In this document: positions 1 through 13,263 of the stretch, piece by piece
How the letters are laid out: each line of letters begins with the position of its first letter
Numbering within the stretch: position 1 is the stretch's first letter
NCBI RefSeq assembly: GCF_035084215.1
Contig: NC_090343.1
Span: 10,292,001 to 10,356,000, forward strand
Direction: 5' to 3'
Source: Heptranchias perlo
Taxonomy: Eukaryota
DNA: 64,000 nt
The notes under the pieces: generated by a model
The model's database searches: none
Told to the model about the DNA's origin: nothing
What the model saw: the letters and a program-made list of their open reading frames with translations, nothing else
Made by a program: the position numbers and the translations under genes

Positions 1-1515
1 ATTAACTTTTCCTCTCACTAACTGATCCGTTGAGAAGAGCTTTCCCCTACCCCAAGATGCTGATTCATTCTGGGATATGGTTCCATGGTTGTCAAGTGCC
101 CTTTGCTACCCCACCCAAGTAGCCATTTTTCAGGTGTGAACCTAGACAGTGAGTATCACGAGACTATGGGGGACATCATTGCCATATGCAATCTTGTCCT
201 CACCCATCCACACACAAACACTTTCAAGCAGCGATTGCTGGTTGGCAGTCTGGCTGATTTTTCTCCTACCTAGGTCAGGGATGCCGAGGACAATTCTAGT
301 GCTCCTCTTTCCACCGTCTCTGAGATTAGTGCTGAGTGGGAATAGACTGCCACCTTCAGAAATTGTACCCTGGGCACCCAGATAATTTGTTTCTAAACCG
401 CATGCTTTTAAACAGAAAGCACAACACAGTAGCATTTATTATTGTAAAATCTATCATCTTCCTGAAGACAATCCTACTCTCCTTACAATTACATGCTGTA
501 ATGGAATTGAACAGAAATAACTGACTCAGAGCAGAAAATTATTGGCATACAAGTAAATACAGAAAAATATGTGTATTGAGCAGATTTCCTCTCAGCAGCC
601 TCAGTGTTCTTGAGAACTGCTTTATTTGGCCCTGTGTTATAGAGCTGTGCTGAAACCCCATGAGGCCACAATGCTCTTTGTGGCTGGGCTTGAAATGAAG
701 GAAGGACCACAGTATGTATATGTGGTGGGGTGTGTGGAGTGTGCGGTGGGGTGGGGGTGAGAGTCTGGTCTGGCTATTGAGTATGGTGGAAATGTATTGG
801 AATCATGTGGGCCCTTATTTTAGTGGTCAAATGAAGCATAGGGAAGGCAAAGATAAGGGTTTTTAATTATTCTAAATTTTGTCTGTCTAGGTGTTTTATC
901 CACTCCATGTGGCTAATACACAGACAGAACCTGCCTCGTTTTTGATGGTACAACCCAGTGTGCAATGCATGAACCACACTTGGGAGAAATGGCATATTTT
1001 GTAGATAACGTGACAATCTCGAGTCAGATTAACAGAGACTGATGCTGACCAGACTCAAAATTCTTACTAAATGGCAGGATAGGAGAGCCATAGAAAGAAA
1101 CCTGGTGTCAGCTTGTTTGGTATCTTCTTGGGCTGAGAATGATGATGGAAGAGGAGGAGGAAATGAAATGCTAGAAAATTGGGGTGGAGAGGAAGGGACT
1201 GTTACTGATTCAAGAGATCCCTCAGTTCAGAGTGTTTGGCTTGAGCAGAACTGGTGTAGCATTATAGCCAATCACCTGCTTCCTTCCAAATTGGTTGGGG
1301 GATGGCATTTGGTATGCAAGTGTTTTTCTCGGGGTGGGGGATAATTTACAGATTAGTTTTTTTTAAACACAGAAACAAATCCCATTGAACTGAAATCAAT
1401 TTAATAATGACGCTGATGAATTGTAAATCCACAAAATAAATCTGACTTAACAGTAAATATTTTACTTCTATTACGTTAATAAAAGGAACAAAATATGAAC
1501 AGGGACAAGACTTAC

Positions 1516-1619
1516 ATTGCTATTCCCAGGAATCCTTTAAGTGGAACAACTCCCCAGATAACACCTAAAATAATTGCAATTATTTGACGAAACCAGTAGA
1601 TCACATCTAGAAACTCATC
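1516..1619 (-). CDS. RAB5IF: RAB5IF/C20orf24 (OPTI) coding exon 2; remaining exons lie left of the window
   Basis: Minus-strand translation DEFLDVIYWFRQIIAIILGVIWGVVPLKGFLGIA+2 nt matches the recalled human RAB5IF segment DEFLDVIYWFRQIIAVVLGVIWGVLPLRGFLGIA. The acceptor is ...ttcacag after a long pyrimidine tract (1623-1669) and the donor is GTAAGT (1515-1510). Phase 0 start fits exon 1. Confidence 0.95.
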
Positions 1620-3324
1620 CTGTGAAGGGGGGGGGGGGGGGGAAGGAGGAAGGGAAAGGAAAAAAAAAATCAATTAACTTATGTACAATTTGCAGTCACC
1701 ATTCTTATATAGCCCTGGTCTGCAACTCGTAAAAAGATTAACATTATCAGCTAAGAATCAGTTAGTTCCAATAAACTTCAAGACTGTGACTTTTTCAAAG
1801 GATATTTTGATAGAAATCTGCAACAAATCAGAAATTATACAGTAACGGAATCTTGTCTGAATGTACAGCACATACTGCAGGAGGTGAAAATATACTTGTA
1901 CAGCACACTGCAGGGTGGAAATCCATGACAATTTATACCTTATAGACTAACACAACCTTTCCGATTTATGCATAGGGTCCTACTCCTCAAATTGATGTGC
2001 TGGATTTTAAAGCAGTAATCACTAAATCTCAGGATTTAGTTGCTCTGAATAATATCCAACCCCCTATTTAAAAAGTGTTGTGTATCTGCTGACTAAAATA
2101 GGTTGTACATTATGTATAGCGCATAAAAAAGATACATATTTACCTCATATAATGCACTCTGCAGGGTTCCCATGGTTTAATTTTTGTTTACAGTTTTCAG
2201 CAAAGAACAGCCCGATTGATTTTGCAGGCATCAGAAAACTCCTGCAAACCGAAAGAGATGTGGAATCTGCGATCCAAGACTAGGAAGTTTTAACATTTAT
2301 CTTATAACTGCAAACTTTCATGTTTACAGTGCCTGAAATTTGGACTTTAATTTGTAATCTGTGTAAAACACTAAAGGCTAAATATACAAATTTCAGCCCA
2401 AGTAGGGTTTTTGCCAGCTCATTTGAAATTTCACAAGATTAGTTTCTAAATTTGAATAATTAAATCCAGGTGAGCATGAATGCAAGCTACACAAAATACT
2501 TAGTGACTTTTTGTATTTCACTGGTTATGAGACAAATAAAAGAATTGAGTGATTTTGATAAACTGCACAATTTTCTGAATGTCAGTTTTTGGATGAAAGT
2601 CAATGAAAAACGATTAGGTACAACACCCGGGATTTATCAGTGGAAATCAATAAACCTGGAAAAGAAGAACCTTAATACAGTGAGCCAGTCCTCTGGATTT
2701 TTAACAGTGCAACAAACTGGCCCGTCAGCAGCTTCAGAGTTTACACTTTTTAAAATCTGGGATAAATTTTGCACTTATTAGGTTAACCTTTAAATCCCTG
2801 GCAAGTTCAGGGAAATCTCTATTTCATTGGGTTCATCTTTTAAAAAAATTTCCAGCCTACATAGTAATGCTGAATCAAAGCCTAGTACAGGAATAAAGCT
2901 AGTCAGGAGTTACAACTGTCATTATTATTATAGCATTAACCCTTTACAATCCAAACACACATTTAAATCATTTACTTCTGTTTGCCCCAACCCATGTTCT
3001 CTATTTTTATTTTAAACATTCTTTTATTTAATCTGTAACTAATAAAACCTATTCAATACGTTCTAATCTTTTTTTAAAAACATGTTTGCTTAATTATTTT
3101 CCTTTGCTTCCCATGTCCCACTGTCTATACCACTCAGTTCCCAAAACGTTTTTTTTAAAACTTGAATGCTTTGTTGCCATTGGAGTTGACAAAGAGTTAG
3201 GGTGGAAACCTGGAAATGCCTTAGTATCACCTCATGCATTGCTCTTCAGCTATTACTAGATATCTTCAGCTCAGCCTTTTTATCCCCCTTTTAAAAAATA
3301 CTCGAAATTCTCCTGTAGTGTTGC

Positions 3325-3480
3325 TCACAACAACAACAACTTGCATTTATTAGGGCAGATGACCAAAAGCTTGGTCAAAGAGGAAGGTTTTAAGGAGGGA
3401 ATTCCTGAGCTTAGGGCCTAGGCAGCTGAAGGCACAGCCGCCAATGGTGGAGCGATGAAAATCGGGGACGCGCAAGAGTT
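3325..3480 (-). mobile_element. L2-type LINE/SINE 3' tail fragment
   Basis: (CAA)n tail plus gaccaaaagcttggtcaaagagg...ttagggcctaggcagctgaaggc. The same family recurs at about 9805-10040, 22870-23165, 26310-26510, 40870-41330, 52410-52610 and 59060-59400. Confidence 0.65.
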
Positions 3481-6400
3481 TGAGGCCCAGAGCATGGCTA
3501 TAATGTTGAGTTACTAACCTGGGCTCTCTAAAGGCATTCCTCAGGTATTTCTTGTAGGCAAGTGGTGTAAATAGGTCCTGGGGTCAGATATTCATTGATG
3601 TTGTGGTCATTGAAAGCTCGCCTGGACCAGCAGGTAAGTGGATTGTCTTGGGTCTGGAACAGAATTGTGGTGTTTTGCTGCTAAACTGCAGTGCCTTTAG
3701 GATCACTGCTTTAAATAGGCTAATATATCTAATTGTAGCTACTGGTAAACTGAGGTCAACCAGAGGGCAGTGCAAATTTCAGGATCCAGGTCAATGACTG
3801 GCTTCCTCTCTATACCCAAATGTGACATCTGGGTGTGTGACGGATGCCACAAGACCTTTAGATAGATAGAAAAAGGCTGACATAATAATAGGATAACAAT
3901 GCAAGAGTAAAAGTGCCAGCAAAGCTCAAACTTTCCTACAAAACAGGACTGGCTTTACTTCAAAAGTATTTAATTAATGTGAAGCGCTTTGGAAGACATG
4001 AAAGGTGCTATATAAATTCTTTCTTTCTTTCCTTCCCTTTTTAAGTTAAAGCCAAATCTTCATGGGTAACTTATTTTCTAAACAGCAAAAATCTAAAATG
4101 TAATCTGCAAAAAAAAAACTTGAAAATTTAATTTGAAAATAGTCCTTCCCCACAATAAAACTAAAATTGTACTTTAAAATCTCAAGAGCAAATAAGAACA
4201 AAAAAAACCTCAAATATAAAACAGAACACTGTGTTGGAAATATAGGTCACACAAACTGTACCTCATGTATAAAAATTCTATGAAACACCAACATGACACC
4301 CTCTGTACATTTTAAAGGAGGGATATACCTTACTTTTTATTTTAAATGTGTACTTAGACTGCTTTCTAATTATTTCTAGATAGTCTCTCCACATTTAATT
4401 TGCACTTTGCTGATGGTGAATTGCAATACTACTGTTTCCACCACCAATTAAGCAATGTAACTCCCTTAAAGGAATGAGATTCAACATTTTAATCCTTTCT
4501 AGGGAGATTTTCTTTAAAAGCACATAACCCTTCAGGGCAAACACTTTCACTATACATGACAAAGGTTAAAACATGCATGGTTTCATTAAGGGGCATGACA
4601 TCATAAAACAGATATTTCAGAAAATTCTTTTCATCTTCTTTGAATTCTGAGGCCTTTGGAAAAATAAGTCGATGTAACTTGTAAAGTGTTGTACAGTCAG
4701 GTGGAATGCAGAGTTTATGTAATCAAACCAGACTTCTACCTAAATCTATCAATTTAAATCAATGATCAGAAAAGAACTCTCTTTTAAAGTGTAAATGAGC
4801 TGATCTTGCATAACCACTTTTACTGTACAGGAACTTTCACATTGATACAGATCTCACATAATACATTAAATAATAACCTCCACTGACTAAAATTCAGTCA
4901 TACAATTTTAAAATCTTCTGTAGTTATAATTGCATAAAAGTAACTCAAATGTAAACTCCTCCATTTATTTGATTTGTTTTACTCACTTGTGTGACAACTC
5001 ACATCTCACATGCCTTTATAGGCCCATACACTTTCACTATACACAATGTCACCCGGAATAAATCAAAGAATCCAACTAGCATTCACAACTCATGAGCAGT
5101 TACACATACTTGTACACTACTTCATATGGAAGGGCATTATTTCCTTAAAAATATTTCCCATTTCACTGAGATAGCATTGTATTTAAGAGCTGGCACAATA
5201 AAAACATTTCTCTACAAATTACTGAAACCAATCTTTTAATCACATCAATATAAATGCAAGTTCTTTCTATTCTTAACACAATTTGCATATAAAATGATTA
5301 AATGATCAAATGAATTGCTAATTACTTATAAAACATGTTATAAACAGAACACATGATGAAAAGCCATAGGATACAATTTATATTTCACAAGATGGACATA
5401 ATTTATACCACATGGTTCACCTTTCATTTTCATATCACAATGATTACACACACTCTTACTATCTCAGACATTTGTCTACCTACTGACATTTTGAAATGTT
5501 GCAGTTGAAGCTTACAAACTTGCAATGAGTTAAAATTCTTATCCCCACTGCAACCAATTATTTTTAATAGCCACTTCATTTTTCTCTTTTCTTATTTTTA
5601 TGAAAGGACAGTCAAGTATCACACCAATCTACTCAGAACCTTAATCTTAACTGGTCATTAACTAACCCATTCCAATCCAACCCTGCTTCAATAAATGCTC
5701 TAAACTGACTTTTCAGATGTGTACCCTTCATCAGAATTCCAAAACTGTCTGGTCACTATGCGCAACATTGCTTAACAATCATAATTTTCACAAGAGCCCT
5801 TTGGGGTTTTTTTAGTGTTCCATGTGCACACTGATGCATAAAGCTATATACACAGATACATAAACTCTTCATTTTTTTTAAATAACAGCAGTTTCTGGGA
5901 GGTAAGCTTCATATACTTATAAAAATATAATAATTTCAGGTAAACCTTTACAGAACTACTAAATTGCATATTTAACACAAACCGTCCATTCCTTTATTTG
6001 CAATTGCTCTTTGGTTACAACATGTTGCTATTCCTTTTTAATGTGCAAGATGTCCCAATTTCTCAAATTTGAGGTATTCAAATTCTTGATCACTGAGCAT
6101 TTGCAAAGAAGCAAAATAACGTCATGAAAATGACACCCCTTTAAGATGCTTCCAATCCTTCACACGAATTGTATTATAATTCATGATTATTATACAGACT
6201 GCATTATTATTGCTAGCGGTGTCACAGGACACGTTTAGCATATTGGTACCAAATGAGAATAATTTGCACTGAAGCCCATACTCTTTTAACTTGTGGGATG
6301 CTCTTGATTCATTATCTCAAGTTGCTGCCACAAGTGACAGACCTGTAACTCACCCCTAGTGTTTATGTGGCTAAGGGGGGAGAAAAAAAAAGCCTTTTTC

Positions 6401-6717
6401 TAGACCACAGCCCAAGTTGGGGTGGGGATAACCTCCCGAGTGTAGTTCTAGGAGATTGTCATTGCTTAATTGGCCATAGTATGAACATTTCCCGCGGGTA
6501 CGGTCACACGGTACTGAAATGACGGTGACAGCACTGACAGCCCTCAGTGGCTGAGCCCGCTCTGATGGTGTCACTCACACACACACACACACACATACAT
6601 ACATACAACGCGCTGCTGGCTCGGGCCTTCTCTCGCTCTGGCCCAGGCCGGGGCCCCCCCTTTTTTTCTCACTCACTCACTCACTCCCAGACAGACGGGA
6701 CCCACTCGGGTTCTCAC

Positions 6718-6819
6718 CTTATCTTCCCAGGCCGCGTTACTCTTCAGCACTTTACTCCAGACGGATACTTTCAAACCGCCATTGGCCAGGAGGTGTTCTC
6801 TGGACTTCACCCCGCTCAT
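6718..6819 (-). CDS. RAB5IF: RAB5IF/C20orf24 coding exon 1
   Basis: ATG at 6819 gives MSGVKSREHLLANGGLKVSVWSKVLKSNAAWEDK (human ...LANGALKVSVWSKVLRSDAAWEDK), followed by donor AG|GTGAGA. It is 102 bp, phase 0, inside a CpG-rich island. Confidence 0.95.
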
Positions 6820-7065
6820 TCTCCTGTCACCCCGGCTCCTTCCTCGCTCGCTAACCCCCCGCAGCACCACCACACTTTGCTCGCGCTCTGCCAGCCTCGC
6901 TGACTCGGCTCCAACTGCAGACGCCACATCTGCGCACGCGCGCCCGTTCTCCGGCCGGCGGCGAAGTCCTCCGGTATACCGGCATGCACGGCGGTGCAAC
7001 GATGCCGGCATAACCGTCGCCATCTTCCCTGGTCAGGGGAGCTTGGCCCTGGTCACGTGACAAGT
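6820..7065 (-). promoter_or_regulatory. CpG-island promoter/5'UTR of RAB5IF
   Basis: High CpG density against an AT-rich background. Motifs: NRF1-like TGCGCACGCGCG (6931-6942), YY1-like CGCCATCTT (7018-7026) and palindromic E-box GTCACGTGAC (7052-7061). Confidence 0.75.
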
Positions 7066-7179
7066 GCCATTTGGTCTCCTGAGCTGAACATTGTTGGATT
7101 TTTTTCTTCATCTCCTTCTGTTTGAACGTTACAAGGTGCACAGTACCATTTTGTGGTCTCTTCAGCTTATACAGGGCCA

Positions 7180-7502
7180 GTGGTGGCTCAGTATGCAGCA
7201 CTCTTACCCACCCAACCCCCCCCCCCCCAGTCAGATGGATGTGGGTGGGTTCAAGCCCTACTCCAGAGATTTGAGCACAAAGTCTAGGCCGACACTCCTG
7301 TGCAGCCCTGAGGGGAGTGCTGCACTGTCAGATGAGATGTTAAACCAAGGTCCCAGTCTGCCCTCTGAGGTGGACGTAAAAGATCCCATGGGCTGCTGTA
7401 TTTCCTACATTACAACAGTGACTAAACTTCAACATTGGCTGTAAAGCGCTTTGGGATGTCCTGATGTCGTGAAAGGCACCATATAAATGCAAGTCTTCTT
7501 TC
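7180..7502 (+). mobile_element. SacSINE1/Deu-domain-like SINE (internally deleted)
   Basis: tRNA-like head (ggctcagt...ggttcaagccc), body ctgaggggagtgctgcactgtc...gatcccatgg, tail atataaatgcaagtcttcttt. Multiple copies in the window. Confidence 0.7.
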
Positions 7503-7653
7503 AGCATTTAAAAAAAAAACTTAATGCAAAGTGTGATTAGATTAAAAGACAAATAAGGATGAGTGGGTGAGTGCATCCCATGGTTTGCCAGTACAATACA
7601 ACCAGGAAGATGAGGTCCTGGGACGATTGTGTTTGTCTATGTTTAGTTAAACA

Positions 7654-7855
7654 ATCTTACAACACCAGGTTATAGTCCAACAGTTTTATTTGAAAATCAC
7701 AAGCTTTCGGAGCTTACCTCCTTCGTCACTCACCTGACGAAGGAGGTAAGCTCCGAAAGCTTGTGATTTTCAAATAAAACTGTTGGACTATAACCTGGTG
7801 TTGTAAGATTCCTTAAATTTTTCCACCCCAGTCCATCACCGGTATCTCCACATCA
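7654..7855. mobile_element. Palindromic Penelope-like (pLTR) insertion no. 1
   Basis: Inverted arms atcttacaacaccaggttatagtccaac.../...gttggactataacctggtgttgtaagat. Target-site duplication tagttaaaca at 7644-7653 and 7856-7865. Confidence 0.8.
7730..7766 (+). ncRNA. Minimal type I hammerhead ribozyme motif
   Basis: tcac-CTGACGA-a-ggag(gtaag)ctcc-GAAA-gctt-gtga: core boxes CUGANGA and GAAA, stem II ggag/ctcc, stem I tcac/gtga, and palindromic AAGCTT in place of stem III, as in Penelope-associated minimal hammerheads. Confidence 0.7.
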
Positions 7856-9124
7856 TAGTTAAACAGTCTCAGCGCTCCTGGCTAGTGAGAGAAATTTTTA
7901 CCAGCGTTCACAATAACTTACATTTCTGTAGTACAGAGTGCTTTACCAGGCTGAGAAAGCAGAGGGCACCAACCAGAAGGGAATGGTGGAAATGTTGGGA
8001 GGGTGAGGAGGATTTTTAAAGTGGTAGTGGGGTTGAAAAGGCAGAAGAGTTAGGGGAGGGAGTTACAGGGCAGTAGAGGCTGAAAAAATACACAATTGAC
8101 AGTAGAGCAGCAAGAGCAGGGCAGGAAAAATAACCTCTAAATGCAATTTCTTTAATCTGGTATTTGAGCAACCGAGGCTATATGTTGGGACACATGGTTG
8201 TAGGAGATCTTTCAGGTAGGGTAGGATTTATTGAGGGATTTGAAAATGAGAACAAGGATCTTGAAGTCAATTCTTTGGGACTAACCAAATTATTAGACCC
8301 ATGAAGGACACTGGGTATTTTTGTACATTCCAAATCATACCAATTAGATACAGGAAAGGTTCAATTACTGGGAAGGATTGTCTTTTGTTCAGGCTGATAG
8401 GGGTAGACCAATGCCTCCAGAACAATCTCAAGCAATTCCCTCCCCCCAGAAGAAGGACACTGCTCATAAATAATGGACAGCCTGTTCAAACTCAAAATGC
8501 ACATCAGTGAAATCTTTTAAGCTGTAATTTGGGTAGTTGAAACAATTGATGACTTGCAGTGCCCACTGGTCATTGGAAAGCTTCAAGTAAACCAGCAGGC
8601 ACAGTGCCACTGGTCCATGGTCACCTGATTTTCACTAAAGATCTAAACATGTTACAAGCATCCTAAATGGTTGAACAATCAAGGGAGCTTTGTAAGAGAA
8701 GTTTAAGGTACACATCGTTTAAGTCATTAACAAGTCCTGGGCAACAGCCAACTTGTTCATTGGCATGGAGTACAAACATCTCAAATTGTTTGTTTGAATT
8801 TGACTGATTGACAGCTCCTTATTCAGAGGCCTTCTGTTTAAAATATATACTGCAGACTTTTCTCAATATCTTCAGTTCAGTTTCTACAATTGGCACTTGA
8901 ACTCTATTTGGGCCAAATTACAAATCATATCACCTACTTACAGCATTGAATTGTTGAAGTTCTACAAAAGGCTGTTTCATTTAAAAACCTTATTAGATAA
9001 TAAATTGTGCAAGAAGTACATTCTAGAAAAAGGCAATTTAACTCCTTGTTAACTGATTCGATATATTGTTTTAAAGTATTAGTATCTTCCTGTGTCGTAC
9101 TGAACTGTATATTATCATACTTGG

Positions 9125-10497
9125 AAATAAATATGAATACTTTAACTGACAAGGTGGTATTTACCACTTTTCAAATGGAAAACATGGTAAGCATCCCATG
9201 TAGTCTCAATTCTAACATACTGTTGGTGAGGGTTAATAGTCCTCTAGCATGCATAAGGTTGCTGGCTCAGTTCATAGAAGACTGCTTCTGTTTATAGAAA
9301 CTGTCTTTTTGCTGTGAACACAAACAAAGTATTGGGAGGGGAAAAAAAATAACATGCAACAGCTTTAGAATAAAACTCCCTCTGTCTCAGAGACATTCCT
9401 GCTGTACCATTATATAATCCCCAATGTCATCCTTGCAGCTAGTGTGAGTGACACAGCCAGTTTAAAGACATATTATGGGCAGTTTTGTGCTGTGTACGGT
9501 CATGCTCACAAGCATCTTGGTTGAAAGTAACAAATTTCACTTAGAACTGTTACAGCAAGCAAAGACAGAAAAGCTTTCACTACATATATAAATCCTGGCA
9601 AGATTTGCACCTAGGTCTTAGAGGTGAAAGGATGGTGCACCTATGGGAACAAGTAGAGGTGCTTCGGCAGCAGATATGATGCACCCAAGACCATTGGAAC
9701 GAGTAGAGGTGGTTCGGCTGCAGCTATGATGCACCCATGGCCATGGGAAAATTGGCATGGTTTGGCTGCAGATATGCCACTTCTTGCAAGAAACTACATT
9801 TTTCCTCAGCTGCCCAGGCCCTAAGCTCTGGAATTCCCTCCCTAAACCTCTCCACCGCTCTACCTCTCTCTCCTCCTTTAAGACACTTCTTAAAACCTAC
9901 CTCTGACCAAGCTTTTGGTCACCTGTCGTAATATCTCCTTATATGGCTCGGTGTCACATTTTGTTTAATAACGCTCCTGTGAAGCGTCGTGGGACATTTT
10001 ACTAAGTTAAAGCAGCTATATAAATGCAAGTTGTTGTTGTTATGCATTGATCTTTCACCTCCATGACTTAAGTTTAAATGCAGCCCAAACTGATGGGATG
10101 AAAGTCTTCTCTGTTTCTGGAAGGGTGCTGCAAGAATATTGGAAATAGGGAAATCTTTTTCTTGATGCTACTAACCGTCATGCTCTGCAGGCTGTGCTGC
10201 ATATTTTGCTTAGTGTGCAGTTTATTTTGTTGAACTATAAACTGCTAACCTTTGACGAATGACTGACCCTTGTTAGTCATTTTGAAGCAAGGTAGCTATG
10301 TGGTAAAAGAGGAATAATGACCCAAAAAGTGGAACAATAAAGATAGCGATAAGACCAGGACAATGACGAGATAGCTAGAGGAGTGCAGTCAAACAAACTG
10401 GCCACCTTGAAAAACAACCTTATAAAGGGTCTTGTGGATTGCCGAGTAATGGTAATGCAAGCTGATCACCTTGAATTCTTAGAAAAACAACTTTGTT
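9125..10497. repeat. Local segmental duplication, copy 1 (paralogue of about 12815-15110)
   Basis: Colinear similarity from aataaatatgaata... to ...cttgaattctt..gaaa..caactttgt. Copy 2 carries two extra Penelope-like insertions and an expanded minisatellite; copy 1 carries an L2 tail. Confidence 0.9.
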
Positions 10498-10912
10498 ATT
10501 CTATAAGGGTCTTATGAATATTGTTCCATATATGGTGTGAAGTTCCTGCCAGGGGGGACATAAAAACCCAACATTTTTTGAGCTCAGGGTAGGGGAATCA
10601 GTGACGATCACCCAACTATCAGAAGAACACCTAGATCACCTGACTATCAGAAGACTACCTCACTATCGGAAAACTTGAAACGACCACGTCACAAACTTAA
10701 TGATGACCTTTGCCCAGAGATCAAACAGGGTAATATTGTTTTGATCTTTGTTGGCTAATATTTTTTAACTATTAATAAATGAGACATTGATTACCATATG
10801 GTGTCATGTCCGAATCTGTTACAAAATGGCGACCATAGCAGAACGTGACCAATCAATGTTATGTGTTGACATAAAATAAAGCATCTGAAAGAAAATATGT
10901 TTAAAAATCGAC

Positions 10913-12244
10913 AGATGGTACACACTGCAGCCACAGTGCTCCGGTGGTGAAGGGAGTGAATGTTTAGGGTGGTGGATGGGGTGCCAATCAAGCGGGCTGC
11001 TTTGTCCTGGATGTTGTCAAGCTTCTTGAGTGTTGTTGGAGCTGCACTCATCCAGGCAAGTGGAGAGTATTCCATCACACTCCTGACTTGTGCCTTTTAG
11101 ATGGTGGAAAGACTTTGGGGAATCAGGAGGTGAGTCACTCGCCACAGAATACCCAGCCTCTGACCTGCTCTTGTTGCCACTGTATTTATGTGGCTGGTCC
11201 AGTTAAGTTTCTGGTCAATGGTGACCCCCAGGATGTTGATGGTGGGGGATTCGTCAATGGTAATGCCGTTGAATGTCAAGGAGAGGTGGTTAGATTCTCT
11301 CTTGTTGGAGATGGTCATTACCTGGCATTTGTCTGGCGCGAATGTTACTTGCCACTTATCAACCCAAGCCTGGATGTTGTCCAGGTCTTGATGCATGCGG
11401 GCAAGGACTGCTTCATTATCTGAGGGGTTGTGAATGGAACTGAACACTGTGCAATCATCAGCGAACATCCCCATTTCTGTCCTTATGATGGAGGGAAGGT
11501 CAATGATGAAGCAGCTGAAGATGGTTGGGCCTAGGATATTGCCCTGAGGAACTCCTGCAGCAGTGTATTGGGGCTGAGATGATTAGCCTCCAACAACCAC
11601 CACCATCTTACTTTGTGGTCGGTATGACCCCAGCCACTGGAGAGTTTTCCCCCTGATTCCCATTGACTTCAATTTTACTAGGGCTCCTTGGTGCCACACT
11701 CGGTCAAATGCTGCCTTGATGTAAAGGGCAGTCACTCTCGCCTCACCTCTGGAATTCAGCTCTTTTGTCCATGTTTGGACCAAGGCTGTAATGAGGTCTG
11801 GAGCCGAGTGGTCCTGGTGGAACCCAAACTGAGCATCGGTGAGCAGGTTATTGGTAAGTGCCGCTTGATAGCACTGTCGACGACACCTTCCATCACTTTG
11901 CTGATGATTGAGAGTAGACTGATGGGGCAATTGGCCGGATTGGATTTGTCCTGCTTTTTGTGGACAGGACATACCTGGGCAATTTTCCACATTGTCGGGT
12001 AGATGCCAGTGTTGTAGCTGTACTGGAACAGTTTGGCTAGAGGCGCGACTAGTTCTGGAGCACAAGTCTTCAGCACTACAGCCGGGATGTTGTCGGGGCC
12101 CATGGCCGTTGTTGTATCCAGTGCACTCAGCCGTTTCTGATATCACGGAGTGAATCGAATTGGCTGAAGACTGGCTTCTGTGATGGTGGGGATATCGGGA
12201 GGAGGCCGAGATGGATCATCCACTCGGCCCTTCTGGCTGAAGAT
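10913..12244 (-). mobile_element. Decayed non-LTR retrotransposon RT fragment (CR1/L2 group)
   Basis: Frameshifted ORFs GPDNIPAVVLKTCAPEL...WKIAQVCPVHKK, QFGFHQDHSAPDL...AAFDRVWH and MFADDCTVF (RT catalytic FADD motif). The 3' part of the same family is at 30050-30710. Confidence 0.9.
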
Positions 12245-13263
12245 GACTATCAGAAGACTACCTCACTGTCGGAAAACTTGAAACGACCACGTCGCCAACT
12301 TAATTACGAACTCTGCCCAGAGATCAAATGGTGTAATATTGTTTTGATCTTTGTTGTCTAATAATCGATACTTTTACATGTTTGATTTAACTATTAGTAA
12401 ATGAGACATTGTATATCATTTGGTGTCACGTCCGAATCTGTTACAAAATGGTGACTGCGGCAGGCCGTGACCAATCAATGTTTTGTGTTGACATAAAATC
12501 AAGCATCTTAAAGAAAATACGTTTAAAAATTGACATATTTAATTTGATTACAAAATACGCAATTGTTCAAATTCAAGAAGTGAGATTTTGTTTTAGTATA
12601 AGTGATCATGGCAAGTGTCCATGAAATGTTAGAAAAGAAACTAAAGGGATCCGAGGAACCTTTGGAATTAATCTCCAAAATAGTGGAGAAGGATGAGGCT
12701 GAATGGGTCGAGGATCAAGTTCGAAGTTAAAAAGATGAAGGTGAGTTGGCAAACGGACCCTTATGTGGGCGGCTAACTTGTGTGCACTTTAGAATGAGGA
12801 ACGTATTAAACAAAATAAATATGAATATTTTAACTATTTACCACTTTTAAATAGAAAACATGGTAAGCTCCCCATGTAGTCTCCAGTGTAACATATTGTA
12901 GCGTAGGTAAGGGTTAATAGTCCTCTGGAATGCTATCCCCCCTCGTGGCATGCATAAGGTTGCTGGCTCAGTTCATAGAAGACTGTTTCTGTTTATAGAA
13001 ACTGTCTTTTTGCTGTGAACACAAACAAAGTATTGGAAGAAATAAAATATAACATGCAACACATTTAGAATAAAACTCCCTCTGCCTCAGAGGCATTCCT
13101 GCTGTACCATTATATAATCTGCAATGTCATCCTTGCAGCAAGTGTGAGTGACACAGCCAGTTAAAAGACAAATTATGGGCAGTTTTGTGCTGTGCTGGGT
13201 CATGCTCACAAGCATCTTGGTTGAAACCATCAAATTTCACTTAGAACTGTTATAACAAGCAAA

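Noticed and set aside
6673-7023. 116-aa ORF starting at the upstream ATG (7023) as the RAB5IF N-terminus
   Set aside because: Homology begins at MSG (6819). The upstream part is GC-rich promoter/UTR sequence whose ATG lies in a YY1-like motif, and the ORF tail runs past the splice donor.
7180-7270. tRNA gene
   Set aside because: The A/B-box-like motifs belong to a SINE head and no cloverleaf can be formed.
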